Origin: an uncultured delta proteobacterium | GTDB taxonomy: Bacteria > Desulfobacterota > Binatia > UBA9968 | Reading direction: 5' to 3' | Assembly: GCA_963728565.1 (NCBI GenBank) | Contig: CAVSLC010000010.1 | Span: forward strand, 32,001 to 96,000 | Length of the DNA stretch: 64,000 bases | Part shown: positions 61,248-64,000 of the stretch, piece after piece | Numbering within the stretch: position 1 is the stretch's first letter | Layout of the letters: each line of letters begins with the position of its first letter | Program-made: the position numbers and the translations under genes | The notes under the pieces: generated by a model | What the model was told of the DNA's origin: nothing | The model's database searches: none | What the model saw: only the letters and a program-made list of their open reading frames with translations

Positions 61248-62003
61248 ATGTGGGGAATCATTCCGGCCGCCGGTGCCGGCCGCCGAATTCAACCGCTGGC
61301 GTTTTCTAAAGAACTGCTGCCGGTAGGGAGCCGCTTCGATGGCGAGACCGAGCGGCCTCGGGCGGTCAGCGAATACATTATGGAACGCATGGTTCGGGCC
61401 GGCGCCAGCCGAATCTGCTTCATTATCTCGCCCGGCAAATGTGACATTCTCGAATACTACGGCGCCAGCTTCGGGCCTGCGCGTTTGTGTTATGTTGTGC
61501 AGCCCCAGGCGTCGGGTTTGTGCGACGCGCTGTTCTGCGCGCTGCCGCTAATCGGCGCCGATGACCCGGTGATGATCGGCCTGCCCGATACCATCTGGTT
61601 TCCAGAAGATGGTTTCTGCTCACTACCGCGCGATGCTTTAGCGTTTCTGCTTTTTCCCGTGAGCCGTCCAGAATTGTTCGACGCCGTTCTGACCGACGAA
61701 GTGGGTCGCGTGCGCCAGATTCGGGTCAAGTCGCGTGAGCCGTTATCGCAGTGGGTGTGGGGCGCCTTCCAGATGCCCGGTTCTGTCATGATCAAGCTGC
61801 ATGAGTTGTGGTGCCGGCGCGGTCGCGCCGACGAGTACGTAGGCACTCTGGTCAATGCCTATCTCGGCGAAGGCGGTCAGGCATGGGGCATCCGCGCCGG
61901 CAGCGCTTATGTCGATGTTGGCACTCTGTACGGTTACCGGGAAGCGATCCGGCTGCTCAGCGGTTCCGAGCAGCGCTCAGAACTTCAGGAGATCAAAGCG
62001 TGA
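61248..62003 (+). CDS. Sugar-phosphate nucleotidyltransferase (RmlA-like)
   Basis: GIIPAAGAGRRIQPLAFSKELLPVG, GLPDTIW, YVDVGT. Confidence 0.9.
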   Translation: MWGIIPAAGAGRRIQPLAFSKELLPVGSRFDGETERPRAVSEYIMERMVRAGASRICFIISPGKCDILEYYGASFGPARLCYVVQPQASGLCDALFCALPLIGADDPVMIGLPDTIWFPEDGFCSLPRDALAFLLFPVSRPELFDAVLTDEVGRVRQIRVKSREPLSQWVWGAFQMPGSVMIKLHELWCRRGRADEYVGTLVNAYLGEGGQAWGIRAGSAYVDVGTLYGYREAIRLLSGSEQRSELQEIKA

Positions 62004-62779
62004 ATCGGCTTGCGGTTCCTCGGCGGAAGATGACCCGCGATGAAATCGAAACTCAAGTGCGCCGGCTCGGCCCCTGGTTTCACAACCTCGATCTGGCGGG
62101 CGTGCAGACCGCCCCGGAGCATTTTCTTGGAGATTACCCGCGCGTGAAGTGGCAACGCTTTGCCCACGCGATCCCCGACAATCTCGCGGACAAAACGGTT
62201 CTCGACATCGGTTGCAATGGCGGCTTTTACTCCATCGAGATGAAACGCCGTGGCGCGGCGCGGGTGGTCGGCATCGATTCGGACGATGACTATTTGCTTC
62301 AGGCGCGCCTGGCCGCGGAGATCTGCGGCGTTGACATCGAGCTCCGCAAGCTTTCGGTCTACGATGTCGGCGCGCTGGCGGAGAAGTTCGATGTCGTGCT
62401 CTTCATGGGCGTTCTCTATCATCTGCGCCACCCGCTGCTGGCTCTGGATTTGATTCGCCGACATGTGGCCAAGGATTTGTTCGTCTTTCAATCGATGCAA
62501 CGTGGCAGCAATGAAGTCGCCTCTCTGGAGGACGACTATGAATTCTGGAACGAGGATATTTTCGAGAAGCCCGGGTTCCCGCGCTTGTGCTTCATCGAAA
62601 AAAAATACTCCGGCGATCCGACCAACTGGTGGGTGCCCAATCGCGCCTGCAGCGAGGCGATGCTGCGCAGCGCCGGTTTCACCATCGAAGCCAATCCCGA
62701 AGCCGAAGTGTACGTCTGCCGGTGCGCGGCAATCACTGCTGGCGGCCGTCACTGGCCCGGCGAAATAAAGGAGCCCTAA
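62000..62779 (+). CDS. SAM-dependent methyltransferase (TIGR04290-like)
   Basis: LGPWFHN, HFLGDYP, VLDIGCNGG, FMGVLYHLRHP, DPTNWW; start at GTG 62000 or ATG 62030. Confidence 0.88.
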   Translation: MNRLAVPRRKMTRDEIETQVRRLGPWFHNLDLAGVQTAPEHFLGDYPRVKWQRFAHAIPDNLADKTVLDIGCNGGFYSIEMKRRGAARVVGIDSDDDYLLQARLAAEICGVDIELRKLSVYDVGALAEKFDVVLFMGVLYHLRHPLLALDLIRRHVAKDLFVFQSMQRGSNEVASLEDDYEFWNEDIFEKPGFPRLCFIEKKYSGDPTNWWVPNRACSEAMLRSAGFTIEANPEAEVYVCRCAAITAGGRHWPGEIKEP

Positions 62780-63810
62780 TGGTCGAAGCGGTAATGTTTT
62801 GGAACGAGCCTAACAACAAATCACATTGGGATTTTTCGCTCGATCCGGAGTGGCGTGTCTATGGCGAAATGGTCAAGCTGGCGGCGGCCGCCGTAACGGC
62901 TGAAAATCCCCGGCTTGTCCGGGTGCTCGGCGGCATTTCTCCCATAGACGCCGCTTTCATCCTCAATATGCAGTCACAGCACGTGCTCGAAAGTCTCGAC
63001 GCAGTGGCGGTTCATGGTTTTCCGCTGGATTGGAATCACTGGAATATTCATGAGTGGCCGGCAAAGCTCGATGAGATTCGCGCGGTGACGGATTTGCCGA
63101 TCTGGGTTTCAGAAGTCGGCGTCTCGAGCTTCGGCGCCGAAGAAGTTCAGGAGTGGGGCTTGCAGCGCACCGCCGATCTGCTGATCGGCCGCGCCCCGCG
63201 GATACACTGGTATAGCCTTTATGATCTGCCGCGCGCGTGGCCGGCCACGACACGCCATCGCGAGGCCGAGGGCTCATCATACTACCGCCACTTTTACATG
63301 GGACTGCTTCATGAGGACGGCACGCCCAAGCTGGCGCTCAAACATTTTCCGCCGTACACGCCCGAGCTCGGCATCTGCCAATGGTTTCATTTCGAGGATT
63401 ACCGGCTGGATCAAGCGGTGCGCTGGCTGCGCACACTGAATGTTCGTTATCTACGTACCGGCTTGAGCTGGTCAGACAGCCTGCGCCCGGGAGCCATGGA
63501 ATGGTTTGACCGGCAGATGCGCGCTCTCGAGGAGTTCGATGTCACTTTGACGATGTGCTTTACGCCGGAATCGCGCGGGGTCCAGCCGCACCATACCAGC
63601 CCGCCGCAGCGCGCCGAGGAGTTCGCCGATTTCTGCGCGCGTATGGTGCATCGTTACAGCTCGGCAGCAACGGCAACGAATGAATCGACCAGAAAGAAAT
63701 CCACTGCGGAGGGTGACTCATGGCCAGTAGAAGCCAATCCAGAACCGCCACCGACCACGACGAAATCCGTCAATGGGTCGAAGCCCGCGGCGGACGCCCC
63801 GCGGTCGTGA
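62779..63810 (+). CDS. GH39-like ('beta-xylosidase') barrel, circularly permuted
   Basis: AAGGAG RBS; begins [13 protein letters not shown]; has HGFP, WVSEVG, HWYSLYD; ends with LRTGLSW..CFTP..SPP segment. Confidence 0.82.
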   Translation: MVEAVMFWNEPNNKSHWDFSLDPEWRVYGEMVKLAAAAVTAENPRLVRVLGGISPIDAAFILNMQSQHVLESLDAVAVHGFPLDWNHWNIHEWPAKLDEIRAVTDLPIWVSEVGVSSFGAEEVQEWGLQRTADLLIGRAPRIHWYSLYDLPRAWPATTRHREAEGSSYYRHFYMGLLHEDGTPKLALKHFPPYTPELGICQWFHFEDYRLDQAVRWLRTLNVRYLRTGLSWSDSLRPGAMEWFDRQMRALEEFDVTLTMCFTPESRGVQPHHTSPPQRAEEFADFCARMVHRYSSAATATNESTRKKSTAEGDSWPVEANPEPPPTTTKSVNGSKPAADAPRS

Positions 63811-64000
63811 AAAGCACCCGCGGCCGAGGGAATGATAGCGGAATTCTGGGCAGCGATTTTCCCGGTTACAGCGGCTCCGTTCCGGGGAGGAAATCTCGTG
63901 GGAGGAATTCTTCGAACAATTCCATCAAGAAAAACTCGCCCGGTGTATCAGGACACCACCGCGCGGGGGCAGAAGAGTAGTTTCCACAAGATCGTCAGCC
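63720..64000 (+). CDS. Conserved small stress-cluster protein (frameshifted, truncated at edge)
   Basis: [26 protein letters not shown], then in other frames [33 protein letters not shown]. Confidence 0.7.

Noticed and set aside
24540-63950. Many split genes (topIB start, debranching enzyme x2, 30556, hybrid kinase, GT, galE, galK, SDR, last gene) as pseudogenes or programmed frameshifts
   Set aside because: All are single-base indels, often in short homopolymers, with catalytic motifs intact and no premature in-frame decay. Long-read sequencing error is the simplest explanation, though only the reads can confirm it.
1-64000. CRISPR arrays, tRNA/rRNA, IS elements, integrases, defence systems
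   Set aside because: No regularly spaced repeats, cloverleaf or rRNA signatures, or transposase/recombinase motifs were seen by eye. TopIB shares the tyrosine-recombinase fold but carries TopIB-specific motifs.

Overview
A bacterial chromosomal segment from a diderm (it encodes a TamA/TamB pair). Gene style suggests a soil Deltaproteobacteria/Binatia-like organism, but that taxonomy is only an impression. Almost the whole 64 kb is a general-stress/dormancy gene island: CsbD, DUF3309, DUF748, PRC-barrel, DksA-like, ElaB/DUF883-holin-DUF3618-YihY modules, phospholipase D, RecQ, topoisomerase IB, GH13 and debranching enzymes, a glf plus Leloir galactose cluster, and an uncharacterised inositol/CgeB/methyltransferase glycan operon. 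It also holds two histidine kinases, two single-domain response regulators and several unannotated microproteins, four of them Cys-rich putative zinc binders. Two signals stand out. (1) Fourteen correctly spaced and oriented sigma54 (-24/-12) promoter motifs lie in front of the stress transcription units, implying an RpoN-driven general stress regulon, with no enhancer-binding protein in the window. (2) The glycan operon encodes two paralogous GH-A barrels that are circular permutations of each other, and the epimerase-fused copy has Ala at the nucleophile position. About a dozen single-base frameshifts suggest an unpolished long-read assembly. No rRNA, tRNA, CRISPR array or transposase was seen. 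Family names come from motif recognition and were not checked by database search.
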